Below are positions 19,535 through 29,893 of a stretch of 64,000 nucleotides of DNA, in pieces. The stretch covers positions 16,918-80,917 of the IMG/VR virus record IMGVR_UViG_3300033153_008183; one strand, 5' to 3'. The notes beneath the pieces were generated by a model. The model made no database searches, was not told where the DNA came from, and saw only the letters and a list, made by a program, of their open reading frames with translations. A program made the position numbers and the translations under genes. The DNA comes from a virus. The number at the start of each line of letters is the position of its first letter. Positions within the stretch are counted from its first letter, which is position 1.

Positions 19535-21624
19535 GTACCTACCCTCTGATCAGGTTCAACGTCACTTGGTACCCCTGCCTTAAATAGATCAAAAGTTTGT
19601 AACGGTGTAGTATGATCTGAACTATCTACCTTAATCAATTGATTAGAAATAACCTGTTCATCAGCCTTTAGTATTTTATTATTATTTTCTACAATTAACT
19701 CCATAGCTGCCTGGTCTGCTAAAGTTGCAAGTAAAGCTAAAGCAGCATCCATTTCAGCTTTTGTAGTGATATTAGCTGTAATTCTTGCTAATAACGTAGT
19801 GATATCTACCTGAGTGGCATCAATCTTCCCATCAGTTGTACCATGAAGTGTTGCTGCTGTCCCTGCTATGTCCGGAATCACGATATTCGCATCATCTGTT
19901 CCCCTCATAACCGTTGGAATTGCATCTACTTTGGTTTCTACACCATCCAATGTTGTTTCTTTTGCTACAGTAGAATCCAAAGCCATTCCTGAAACGTCAG
20001 CCTTAGATGCATTCCTTGAAGCAGTATCCGTAATTACCTCATCTGTCGTATGATCAAATAGGGACGCTTCCAGAGCCAAGGCAGATACATTTGCCTGACT
20101 TGCTGTACGGGAAGCACTATCCGTTGTAACCGTTCCTGTAATAGTTCTGGCTACATTACTCCAAATATCCGCAATAAGAGTACCGAAGCTGGAAAGTGTT
20201 CTGGTTGTTGCTGCCCACACATCGGCTGCAGAATGACTCGAACGGGTTGAAACCGCTACATCTAAATTACTTACATCTGCAATAGGAGCTTGTTCTAAAC
20301 CATTCTGAGTAAATCTTCTAACTCCGGCATCATCCTCTGTAGTCTCCCAAAGATGATCTAATTTACCACCATTAGTTTCCATTTCAGTTCTTATTTCCTC
20401 TACAGTTGGAGAACTCCCTCCTGCTCCAGTCAGCCAAGCATCATCACCACGATCCCTAATAGCTTCATTACTGTCTGTAGATTCTAAAAATCCAGAACCT
20501 TTTAATTCATCAATTGAAGCCTCTAAAGCAAGTGCTGAAACATTAGCTTGACTTGCAGTTCTTGAAGCCGTATCGGTTTCAACAGCCGCAGTCAATATTC
20601 TGGTTGCATATTCCCATACCTGCTGTGCAGTTAATCCGGATCCGGCTACTCCTACATCATTAACGGTTTTGGTTGTAACTGGTTCTACATCGTAAAAGAA
20701 TGAAAAGCTCTCTGCTACATCACCGGCATTGGTCTCTGTGATCAAAGTTCCCAGTAGTTTACCTACATCTACAGAATCACTATCTGGATCAAAATACCCT
20801 GCCGCTAATAATGTTCTTGCAATTACGGTAGCTTCCAAAGCTAAACCACTGACATCAGCTTTGGACGCATTCCTTGAAGCTGTATCTGTGATAACTTCAT
20901 CTGTCGTGTGGTCAAAGAGACTGGCTTCGAGTGCAAGTGCTGAAACATCTGCTTTACTGGCTGTTCTTGAGGCGGTGTCCGTTTCTACTGTACCTGTAAG
21001 GACTCTTGTAGCATATGACCAGATATCAGCTAATAGTGTTCCAAATGACGATAATGTTCTTGTTGTCGCTGTCCATACATCAGCGGCAGAATGAGTACTG
21101 AAACCCGTGGCCTGTGACGCTGTTCTTGATGCAGAATCGGTTGTAACTTCATCACTTGTATGATCGAATAAACTTGCTTCAAGAGCTAATGCTGATACAT
21201 TTGCTTGTGAAGCTGTTCTGGATGCACTATCGGTTTCTACTGCTGCTGTAACACTTGCAACAGCTCCAGATACGCTTGCCACAATCTGATCTGCTGTATC
21301 TAAATCAAAAGCGTGTTGTGCCGAAGCATCTCCATATGTTTCAAACTCTATTGTTATGTCCAACCATGCCTTTGTTGCTGTCTGGTCTATAATTATAATA
21401 ACGCCTCTGGCACATTCCATCTCTGTTGCTGTTAAAGCAATTGAATATGAATTCCCTTCATCAACAAAACCACTACCGGTATTTGCAGGAGTGCCTTCAT
21501 CTTTCATAACAGTAGAATCACCGGATTCATGTGAGGCATCTACTCTAAGATCTACTCCATCCACTTCGTAAAGAGAGAAAACAAAAGTAGTTGCTTCTCC
21601 ATATTTTCTTAGTCTATCAAACAT
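19531..21624 (-). CDS. Repeat-rich fibrous protein (697 aa)
   Basis: Multiple TDxASRTASxAxVSALALEA and AADVWxATTRTLSSFGTL repeats. Confidence 0.7.
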   Translation of the reverse strand: MFDRLRKYGEATTFVFSLYEVDGVDLRVDASHESGDSTVMKDEGTPANTGSGFVDEGNSYSIALTATEMECARGVIIIIDQTATKAWLDITIEFETYGDASAQHAFDLDTADQIVASVSGAVASVTAAVETDSASRTASQANVSALALEASLFDHTSDEVTTDSASRTASQATGFSTHSAADVWTATTRTLSSFGTLLADIWSYATRVLTGTVETDTASRTASKADVSALALEASLFDHTTDEVITDTASRNASKADVSGLALEATVIARTLLAAGYFDPDSDSVDVGKLLGTLITETNAGDVAESFSFFYDVEPVTTKTVNDVGVAGSGLTAQQVWEYATRILTAAVETDTASRTASQANVSALALEASIDELKGSGFLESTDSNEAIRDRGDDAWLTGAGGSSPTVEEIRTEMETNGGKLDHLWETTEDDAGVRRFTQNGLEQAPIADVSNLDVAVSTRSSHSAADVWAATTRTLSSFGTLIADIWSNVARTITGTVTTDSASRTASQANVSALALEASLFDHTTDEVITDTASRNASKADVSGMALDSTVAKETTLDGVETKVDAIPTVMRGTDDANIVIPDIAGTAATLHGTTDGKIDATQVDITTLLARITANITTKAEMDAALALLATLADQAAMELIVENNNKILKADEQVISNQLIKVDSSDHTTPLQTFDLFKAGVPSDVEPDQRVGT

Positions 21625-24600
21625 GAGTTCCCTCCAAACAATGTTCTACTTCTGCCAACGCTTTTATATGTTCAGGATCACTATACCATAATAGCTGTTT
21701 TTGTGCCTGCTTTAATTTCATCACTGTATACGATAATAAGAAACCGGAAATTGTATTGAATAATATCAATAGATTTTCAAAATTAAATACTGCCGAATAT
21801 CCCATGATCCTACGTCTAAGGACTGCTATTGAAGCAGGGGGTTCTCCACCACCACTCCATGCCCATGTACCCCAAAATGTTGCGTTGTCGTTTGTTTGGG
21901 AGTATTCTTCTGAAATCCAATCGTCTGACTTAACATCAGAACACCATTTAAAATCATCTAATATACCATCAAAAGTTTGCACAGCACCATTGGCCGATCC
22001 TGCAACTTGAAATTCTGCATTACCTACTGTAGGAGTAGTTCTTGTTCCTCCTGAATCTTTATTACTGTTTATCCATAAATCAAAATCTGTTCCATTTTTG
22101 CGTAAACATATAAAAGTATTTGTCATAGCTGATACATAATTAGAATAAAAAGACATTGTTCCGTTATTATCTTGGACTCCCATACGTCCATTTCCTTGTA
22201 GAACAAAATTGACATAATTAGAGCCGTTATACTTGGCTATAAGTGTTTGATTACCTAATAGATCATCTGTATTTATCCAACCCATAAAAGTAAAATCATC
22301 ATCAATATCTGGATCAGTCACAACCGAATCTGTTATCAAGTAATCATCTATATCATCGAAGTGTAATCCATTGGCCACTTGAGATGATACTAAATCTCCA
22401 AAAGTCATTGTTCCGGCTGAATCTAAATCTACACTATTTAATGTCCTATCTAACATTTGTGGGGCTGATCCACTAGGATCTTCCTCAAGAGGCCAATATC
22501 CTTCCCAACTAGAATCATAAGCATTATCCGATCCATAAACATGAGTACTTGCATAAGCCTCATTATCAGTAACCGGAGGAAATACCCAAACTATTTGTGT
22601 ACCTGTATCCTGTAAATCAGGCCATAGAAGTCTAAGCCAACCTGTTTCTGCTCCATCATCAAAGTCAATCCAATCTGCCGCAAGTTCTATTCCATCAGAA
22701 GTTGATACCCTGCCCATTGTACCGTCAAAAGTATTAACTGCATCCCACCACGCTTGAGGTAGATTACCTAAATTGATCATACCTGAGAAGTCAACTAAAA
22801 CACTTGCAGGATTAGTCCATGTTGCATATGCTTTTTCACCGTAAGTATCTATGAGGTTTTCATCTACACCAACAGAATACGCTCCTACATTATATGGTTG
22901 ACCGTCCATATCTGTAGTGTAAAGTCCTGAAGATGGGTTATCTGCTCCACCTTCAAAGCAGTTGCCTGTATTTAAAAGTGTGAAGTCTCCGTTTGAAGGA
23001 TCTGTGTATTCGTTATCCCAATCTGAGCCGGATGGGGTAACTGCATTAGTTCCTGTCCCAGCAGCTGAGGCACAACAATCTACATCGTAGCCAGAACCTT
23101 CTACTACACTATATCCATAATCTATAAAAGCTGTGTTTACAACAGGTAATGATGAAGCGGTTCCATGTATGCCATACCTAAATTTATGTGCTATAGAGTT
23201 GTATACTGTAAAATAGTTACCAGACATAGCTGCTGAGCCTATAACTGATGTTGAACCACCGGTTATTACTGTATTTATTACAGTAACCGTATTATCTGAT
23301 AGAATCCCTATTTCTCTATAACTTTCATTACCTGCTTGCTCAAGATAACAACTATCAAACTCCATTCCTGGATGATCAGTTATTGTTATAACTGATTGAG
23401 CAGCGCCATTTGTAGAAGATTTTTGAAATTGTATACCTTTAAACCTAATATAGTCATCAAATATTCTGATTAGATATGCTGTATCCCCTGCTACCAGTCT
23501 ATATCTGCTTGTATCTATGCCTGTTTTAAGAGCCTCATCCCCTGAAGCTGCTTCAATTAAAACATAGTGCGTAATATCAGTAGTCCATCCATCTATAGTA
23601 AATGTTGTCGTATCAGCTGTCCCACTAGATGCCCTGCAATAAACATGATGCCAGTCTCCATCGGTAACAAGATTAGTTTGCTCGGCTGCTTCCCAATCGT
23701 AAAGTGACAACCAAGCTGTTTCCCACGTTAAACCGTCTGGAGTTCCACCTGAATCAGGATCGACATAGCGAAGTAGTTCAAATATTGCTTCATCAACACC
23801 GATTGAATATGCACCACTGAAATAAGGATCTCCTTCCATATCAGTAGTGTAAAGCCCACCACTAGGATCATCTACACCACCATGATATAGATTACCTTTT
23901 ATTGCTCCTGAATTAACTAAAGTGAAATCACCATTATCAGGATCAACGAATTCATTGTCCCAGTTTGAATCTCTTGGAGCTACTGGATTTGTTCCTATTG
24001 CATCATCACTGGCATTATAGTCTGCTGAGTTACCTGTCCCAATATCACTATAATCATCTCCTACATTATTAAATACAGCACAATTAGTGACGGTTACATT
24101 ATTAGAACCAGCTTCAAGTTCTATAGCTTCACTTGTTGCATAACCTTGACCTGTAAAAATACAGTTTGAAACATCTACAGAAGTAGATTCAGTAACAAGC
24201 AAACCATGCCTATGACACTTATTTAATATGGTATTAAATACTGAAACCGTTACATCGGAATCATATATATAAATTCCACGCAAGTAGCCAGCTCCATCTC
24301 CTTCAACTCTACACTCTTCAATTCTTATATCAGAACCTCCAGAAGGAATCCCCGATATATAAATAACATTTAAAAAATTAGTTGCAACATAATTTTCTTT
24401 TATCTGTAATTTTTTAATCCTTACATAGTTATCATTTATTATAATAGTAGTTTCATCCGTAGTTTCTAATCGGTACCTATCAGCTTGCCATCCAACCTTT
24501 AAAGCCTCATCTCCTACAGCTGCTTCTACAACAATGTTATTCGATGGTCCTGTCGTCCACCCATTTATAACAACCGCTGTCGTATCCGCTGTTCCACTCG

Positions 24601-26449
24601 GCGCAGAACACAGGACAGTGTGCCTATCCCCCGAAGCCGTTAAATCTGTTTCCTCTGCCCCTTCCCATGTATTAAGTAAAGGATAAGCTCGATTGACTCC
24701 GGTACTTTCATTAGTTGTTCCAGTTCCACCAGTAGTAGAATCTGTGTTTACATAGCGGATTACATTGTATGCTCCAATAGGTTCAGTGCTTGCTTTTATG
24801 TCATCGAAGTAGAGGTAGTCACCGTTTGCAGGAACTGCTTCCCAATATGTGCCTATTGTTATATCATCTGCTGAGTAAACTGTTAGGTTATTATCCATTT
24901 CAGAAAAAGCAGAATTTCCATCAACCCATAATTCTACCCCTCCATCGGCTCCTGTTCCTGCTTTCCAATGTGCTTCTATACAATGCCATGCTCCTAGACT
25001 AAAATTAGTAGTTGAAGTAGTGCTAGTTATATCTTGTCCTCTTATTTGCCATTGAGTAGGAACACCACTACCTGAAGCACCTCTTCTAATTCGTATATCA
25101 GCTAAAAGGGTTGAACCATCTCTAATTGTTAATAATTGTGTGGTTTGATATTCAGGAAGTGTAAAACCTGAATCTATATAAACATAACCACGAACATAAA
25201 CTTCATCTTGAGATACATCAAAAGCCTTTACTGCATAACAGTCGTTATTAGTTCCATCAAAAGTAACAGAGTATCCATTAGTTCCTCTATGGGTTGCATC
25301 ACTATCTAAGGTGAATACATTGCTTCCTTCATTGGTTATTGAATCAAACTCCCAAGGAGTAGTACCTGCATCTTCACCATTTATAAGGAATAGTTCATCG
25401 TCTAACTCTTCACCTTCTTCAAATGTCCATTCTCCCCAAAAGGTGGCGTTGTCGTTTGTTTGGGAGTATTCTGAAGATATCCAGTCATCTGATAAATGTG
25501 CATTAAATATTTGCACTCCCTGTTCTAATCCTGCAAATAATTTTGTTCCTGCTTCTGATGCTCCTATAAACCAATCCGCTGTTAATATATCATCTAAAGC
25601 CCCATCCCCTGTAAGCTCTCCTGATTTATCCAAATTTATTGATACATTTGTGGCTAATCCATCCCCATATCTAAATGTTACCATTTGCCATGACGAAGCG
25701 TTTATAGTACTTTTACTTAATGAATGGAACCCCCCTTCATCATTATAAGCTACAAATAGATTTGATCCGTTTTGTTCGAACAATACGTGATTTTCATCAT
25801 CCCAACACGATACATATGAGTGTTCTCCTACTACACTATCAGGATTAACCCACATAATTAGTGATAATTCTGTATATCCAGAAGTCCATGCATCCCCTAA
25901 ACTGATATATTGAGTACTACCATTCAGGTCTGTTGCATTTCCTACCTTTCCCACAGTACCCCCAATCGTAGGGCTTCCTGTTGCTGTTCCATCTCGTCCA
26001 TTCGATGTTCTATCTGTACCACCACCAAGAGGATAATAAGCATCCCATGAACTGTCATAAGCATTATCCGATCCATAAGTATCACTTGCACCATACAAAG
26101 CCATATCTGTATTAGGTAGCCAAACCCTTACTAATTGATCACCTGTACTTTCAAGATCACCACTCCATTTAACACGTAACCAACCTGTTTTATTTGTGGT
26201 ATTAAGATCAATGAAGTCAGTTGCTAATTCTGTTCCATCTAATTTTGAAGCCCTTCCATAGCCTCCAGTTGTAGTATCACATAAAGCCCATGCACGAGGT
26301 GATAATCTTGAGAGATCAACCATCAATGTAAAATCAGTTAATGCAGAATCGGGATTAGTTGCAGTTGCTTTACTGCCGGGGATTGTTGGAAGAGTTGCAA
26401 ATAAAGAGATGCTTAATAATAGTAGTAGTCCAACAAATAGTTTTTTCAT
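21617..26449 (-). CDS. 1610-aa modular lectin/adhesin-like protein: signal peptide, two DUF2341-LamG units flanking a ConA-like domain and two beta-helix units
   Basis: MKKLFVGLLLLLSISLFA; duplicated YGSDNAYDSSW and WISxEYSQTNDNATFWG; duplicated RYVxxDS...SGTADTT..GWTT...NGDFTL. Confidence 0.75.
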   Translation of the reverse strand: MKKLFVGLLLLLSISLFATLPTIPGSKATATNPDSALTDFTLMVDLSRLSPRAWALCDTTTGGYGRASKLDGTELATDFIDLNTTNKTGWLRVKWSGDLESTGDQLVRVWLPNTDMALYGASDTYGSDNAYDSSWDAYYPLGGGTDRTSNGRDGTATGSPTIGGTVGKVGNATDLNGSTQYISLGDAWTSGYTELSLIMWVNPDSVVGEHSYVSCWDDENHVLFEQNGSNLFVAYNDEGGFHSLSKSTINASSWQMVTFRYGDGLATNVSINLDKSGELTGDGALDDILTADWFIGASEAGTKLFAGLEQGVQIFNAHLSDDWISSEYSQTNDNATFWGEWTFEEGEELDDELFLINGEDAGTTPWEFDSITNEGSNVFTLDSDATHRGTNGYSVTFDGTNNDCYAVKAFDVSQDEVYVRGYVYIDSGFTLPEYQTTQLLTIRDGSTLLADIRIRRGASGSGVPTQWQIRGQDITSTTSTTNFSLGAWHCIEAHWKAGTGADGGVELWVDGNSAFSEMDNNLTVYSADDITIGTYWEAVPANGDYLYFDDIKASTEPIGAYNVIRYVNTDSTTGGTGTTNESTGVNRAYPLLNTWEGAEETDLTASGDRHTVLCSAPSGTADTTAVVINGWTTGPSNNIVVEAAVGDEALKVGWQADRYRLETTDETTIIINDNYVRIKKLQIKENYVATNFLNVIYISGIPSGGSDIRIEECRVEGDGAGYLRGIYIYDSDVTVSVFNTILNKCHRHGLLVTESTSVDVSNCIFTGQGYATSEAIELEAGSNNVTVTNCAVFNNVGDDYSDIGTGNSADYNASDDAIGTNPVAPRDSNWDNEFVDPDNGDFTLVNSGAIKGNLYHGGVDDPSGGLYTTDMEGDPYFSGAYSIGVDEAIFELLRYVDPDSGGTPDGLTWETAWLSLYDWEAAEQTNLVTDGDWHHVYCRASSGTADTTTFTIDGWTTDITHYVLIEAASGDEALKTGIDTSRYRLVAGDTAYLIRIFDDYIRFKGIQFQKSSTNGAAQSVITITDHPGMEFDSCYLEQAGNESYREIGILSDNTVTVINTVITGGSTSVIGSAAMSGNYFTVYNSIAHKFRYGIHGTASSLPVVNTAFIDYGYSVVEGSGYDVDCCASAAGTGTNAVTPSGSDWDNEYTDPSNGDFTLLNTGNCFEGGADNPSSGLYTTDMDGQPYNVGAYSVGVDENLIDTYGEKAYATWTNPASVLVDFSGMINLGNLPQAWWDAVNTFDGTMGRVSTSDGIELAADWIDFDDGAETGWLRLLWPDLQDTGTQIVWVFPPVTDNEAYASTHVYGSDNAYDSSWEGYWPLEEDPSGSAPQMLDRTLNSVDLDSAGTMTFGDLVSSQVANGLHFDDIDDYLITDSVVTDPDIDDDFTFMGWINTDDLLGNQTLIAKYNGSNYVNFVLQGNGRMGVQDNNGTMSFYSNYVSAMTNTFICLRKNGTDFDLWINSNKDSGGTRTTPTVGNAEFQVAGSANGAVQTFDGILDDFKWCSDVKSDDWISEEYSQTNDNATFWGTWAWSGGGEPPASIAVLRRRIMGYSAVFNFENLLILFNTISGFLLSYTVMKLKQAQKQLLWYSDPEHIKALAEVEHCLEGTHV

Positions 26450-26454
26450 TTATA

Positions 26455-26559
26455 TTACATAACTCCTAATTTTAAAGTATTTACAACCACATATGTTACT
26501 GCAATTCCAACAACTATATAGGCAATAATTAAAATAAGAAAAAGTATATCATGTTTCAT
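26455..26559 (-). CDS. 34-aa single-TM micropeptide (not in ORF track)
   Basis: MKHDILFLILIIAYIVVGIAVTYVVVNTLKLGVM; RBS aaggag. Confidence 0.5.
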   Translation of the reverse strand: MKHDILFLILIIAYIVVGIAVTYVVVNTLKLGVM

Positions 26560-26561
26560 AT

Positions 26562-26630
26562 TCACTCCTTACCTATTGCTACAAAGGACAATACTATTAA
26601 AAACAATATTGCCCAAATTATAAAAATCAT
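26562..26630 (-). CDS. 22-aa single-TM micropeptide (not in ORF track)
   Basis: MIFIIWAILFLIVLSFVAIGKE; ATGA overlap with upstream stop. Confidence 0.4.
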   Translation of the reverse strand: MIFIIWAILFLIVLSFVAIGKE

Positions 26631-26782
26631 TTATATGTCCCTCTATAAAATAATGTTACAATTGCTTTCCCGGTGAAATACAAATTCTCCATTATCCTTT
26701 GAATAACACTAGATCTACCATACCCTTCTGTGATAAGTAGTTTCCCAACTCCCATTCCTTTTAAAATAATAGGACTTATCAT
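26627..26782 (-). CDS. 51-aa protein, paralog of 19298..19534 (not in ORF track)
   Basis: MISPIILKGMGVGKLLITEGYG...ENLYFTGK; ATGA overlap with upstream stop. Confidence 0.65.
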   Translation of the reverse strand: MISPIILKGMGVGKLLITEGYGRSSVIQRIMENLYFTGKAIVTLFYRGTYK

Positions 26783-28113
26783 ACACGTACTCTTTTATAA
26801 ACGTTTTCAATAGAAGGATTATCATCCGCATCAAATAAATTAAAACGCATAACCTCAATCCCTCCAGCTTTATAAAATATTTCCTGGAAAGTAGTTCCAT
26901 CTATTATACGATCCCCTCCAGCCTCATCCCATAACAAACCAATTGCTTCACCGAAACTACCAGATAATATGTTATTTGCCAGTAAGCTACTCCATACTGC
27001 TGTACCCATAGTCTCTGATCCTGGGAATACACCCAATTTGATAACACTACAACCTACTTCAGTATTATCTGTGATCGCTGTATCTAATATTCCTGCTAAT
27101 CCTATAGTTCCTAATGTATTAGTAGTATCTAGCAGTGCAAACCCGCCGCCCCCACTATATGCAAAAGTAGCAAGCTTATCTGCATGATTCATTCCTATGG
27201 TTCCATATGCACCAGTGGCTTCTCTTACATTTAATTTTGTAGCTGTACCAGCACTCATATCAAATATACGAGATTCAATCCCATTCATAAATATTCCAGC
27301 TATTCCAACAATATTAACAGTAGCATCTGCTAATAGAGCTACATCACCACCCATTTTTACATCATCATAGTCACCATTTAATCCTGATAAACCATCCAAA
27401 AATGTCACATTCTTACAAACTACTTTACCAACTTGTAGTCCTGTTAATTTTACATTATTAAAATGTGATTTATCACAATTCTCACCAGCAAAATCAATAG
27501 TTTTTAAACCAATACTTGAAAAAGTAAAGTTCTTTAAAGTTCGTTCAAGAGTAATATCAGATAATGCCATTATATCAAATATGTCGTTTGCTTCTGCAAA
27601 ATCTACTCCATCTGCTGTAACATTGAATGGACTACCAGCTGAACCATCTCCACCAGGACCTGCTTTTTCATCAATGAAGACATACTGCTTCATATATCTG
27701 AGTTTATCTAATGTTGCGGATTCTTTACTGGTTAATCCTGATACACCAGTCTCTACACGTTGCAAACCTGCAGAATTACTAGGAACAACGCTTACTCCAT
27801 TTACAACCATAATATCTACAATATTATTATTACTTCCTATAAGATTAACTCTTGTAGCAGAAGTGGAAAACGCTACTGTGTAACCATCAACCACTTTGTC
27901 AAAACCTGCATAGTCCGCACCAGCAAAATCTAATTCTGGATTCTTATGATTTAATATTTGAGGAGCCCATAATCCGTCAATAAAACTTGCTTCAAGTCTA
28001 CGGATTTCGATTAAAAAATTCTGCATGAACAAGTTATATGTAGTTCCCGACACCAGAGTCATATCTGATGTCGGAATAAATACTACTTTCGTAAACCAAT
28101 TAACGGTGTACAT
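26779..28113 (-). CDS. Accessory virion-type protein with beta-helix-like middle
   Basis: NSAGL linker, GDGSAGSPF motif, C-terminal RFNLFD...P...KRVRV. Confidence 0.6.
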   Translation of the reverse strand: MYTVNWFTKVVFIPTSDMTLVSGTTYNLFMQNFLIEIRRLEASFIDGLWAPQILNHKNPELDFAGADYAGFDKVVDGYTVAFSTSATRVNLIGSNNNIVDIMVVNGVSVVPSNSAGLQRVETGVSGLTSKESATLDKLRYMKQYVFIDEKAGPGGDGSAGSPFNVTADGVDFAEANDIFDIMALSDITLERTLKNFTFSSIGLKTIDFAGENCDKSHFNNVKLTGLQVGKVVCKNVTFLDGLSGLNGDYDDVKMGGDVALLADATVNIVGIAGIFMNGIESRIFDMSAGTATKLNVREATGAYGTIGMNHADKLATFAYSGGGGFALLDTTNTLGTIGLAGILDTAITDNTEVGCSVIKLGVFPGSETMGTAVWSSLLANNILSGSFGEAIGLLWDEAGGDRIIDGTTFQEIFYKAGGIEVMRFNLFDADDNPSIENVYKRVRV

Positions 28114-28122
28114 GCTGCCACC

Positions 28123-29883
28123 TTATGATTCATCATCTAATACTACTGTAAGTGATAGACCATTTGATCCTATTGTACCAGAAATAGGAACTGGCTTGTC
28201 TGGATTTGCTGGATCACCATGTCTAACCCACCCTATTACATCCATATCTGCAAGGTAAACATAACTGTTGCTTACTGTTTTGGTTGTACCGCCACCTGTT
28301 GCAGAGGCATAAAGTACAGTAACAAATACTGGATCACCTGCTGTATAAGTAGTTGTTAGTCCTCCTGGATGATCAGTCACATCAAGTGTAAATGTAGCTC
28401 CTGTCCAAGAGCTATAATGATACATTTCATAAGTCGTACCACCACCAGTTGTATCCTTAACCAAAAACCAACCATCTTGAGGTCTATCAGAACGTATTGC
28501 TGTTCCCACAACAAAGTCTGGATCACCTACACCATTACCAGCACCAACTGTATTTGTAGTATAATCTGGAGCGTTTAAAGCTCCATCTTTTTCTGTGAGG
28601 AAAACATGAGGATCATCACCAGCTAAGCCTGTTTCAACAGTAACAAGCATAGTTACATTCTGTGGTACAACTGGAGTTTCACCATCAAGAGAAGTTACTG
28701 AATCGCCAAAAGTAAGTTCATTGGCAATAATACCAATACCAAATGCTGCAATCCAATTTGACCCTGTGAATAAACCAAGGTGATTTGGATTAGTTGTTAT
28801 ACTATCTGGTGTTCCAGATACCGTTCCAGTCGCTGCACCATCACCAGTAATTTCAATAGTGTCGTCTGGAAATACACCAGTGTTCAAGTGTAGAATAAGT
28901 CGTGCAGTAGAACCTCCAGCTGTATCGTCAACACCAACTAAATTACCTGTGCCTTCTGTAACTCCTGTTCCCCAAGAAAGAGTTTCATTCTGAACCCATG
29001 TCCCAGCCCCGGAACCAATAACACAATCATAAAGTCTACCAGTCCAAAGATTACCATCAACTCCGTAAAGAGTTTCGGAAGTTCCATCTACAAGTAAAGA
29101 TTTCACAAACTCAGAAAGAGCTTTTTTACCTAAAGCATTATGACTCCACTCACCTAAGAAGACCTTATCTCCATTACCATCAACATCAATAAGCTTATAC
29201 CCTTCCGATGGAGTAATGGCGTAACCTTCAACGGTTGCCTGTAAAGTTGTATTCTGTGGATCGTTCGCTGTAATAATAGCCGCTGAAGCTTCACCTACAC
29301 CAAGAGTTACTTCCCAAACTGCATAAGTATCATACCAGGTACTTGCCTTTATGTTGATTACTTTATTATCAGTATCAACACCCCCCACACGACCTTTTAC
29401 GAGAATTCTCATAAGGGTTTTTGCAGGATTCGTAACATTCTTACCAGTTCCCCAGTGAGAAGTTAGCTCTATGTGATTCTGAATAACCTTCAAAGGTGTT
29501 GCAAGGTTTACTGCACCTTCGACATTTACACCGTAGTATCCATCATCACCATTGTTTTGCTCTACAGAACCACCAAACAAGTACGTAGCAACCTCATCAG
29601 TAATAGTATAATTTACAGTGTAATCTGTAGTGTGATCCAATAGAGTAATAATCGTACCAAGTGCTTCTGAAGTTGAAGGATTAGGTTTTGAAAAGTTTAT
29701 TTCATCGTCACCCGAAATAGCAAAATCCCATGCTATTTTCTGTAATGACCTATGTAACCACCAGACATGGAATGTATCTGTTCCCGATATGTATGTTATT
29801 GCTCCTGTTGCTGCTATTTTAAATTGTGCTAAAAAAGCTGTTACTGCTCCTGCTGCTGCTGCATCTCTGTCATAAACTGCCAT
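28123..29883 (-). CDS. Accessory virion-type beta-rich protein (586 aa)
   Basis: Gly/Thr-rich; C-terminal GWVR...ISGTI.SNG domain shared with 29894..31456. Confidence 0.6.
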   Translation of the reverse strand: MAVYDRDAAAAGAVTAFLAQFKIAATGAITYISGTDTFHVWWLHRSLQKIAWDFAISGDDEINFSKPNPSTSEALGTIITLLDHTTDYTVNYTITDEVATYLFGGSVEQNNGDDGYYGVNVEGAVNLATPLKVIQNHIELTSHWGTGKNVTNPAKTLMRILVKGRVGGVDTDNKVINIKASTWYDTYAVWEVTLGVGEASAAIITANDPQNTTLQATVEGYAITPSEGYKLIDVDGNGDKVFLGEWSHNALGKKALSEFVKSLLVDGTSETLYGVDGNLWTGRLYDCVIGSGAGTWVQNETLSWGTGVTEGTGNLVGVDDTAGGSTARLILHLNTGVFPDDTIEITGDGAATGTVSGTPDSITTNPNHLGLFTGSNWIAAFGIGIIANELTFGDSVTSLDGETPVVPQNVTMLVTVETGLAGDDPHVFLTEKDGALNAPDYTTNTVGAGNGVGDPDFVVGTAIRSDRPQDGWFLVKDTTGGGTTYEMYHYSSWTGATFTLDVTDHPGGLTTTYTAGDPVFVTVLYASATGGGTTKTVSNSYVYLADMDVIGWVRHGDPANPDKPVPISGTIGSNGLSLTVVLDDES

Positions 29884-29893
29884 ATAATCCTCC

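Noticed and set aside
26715-26900. 61-aa ORF in the track
   Set aside because: Overlaps the 444-aa gene; the 51-aa ORF 26627..26782 has coupling and a paralog and is preferred.
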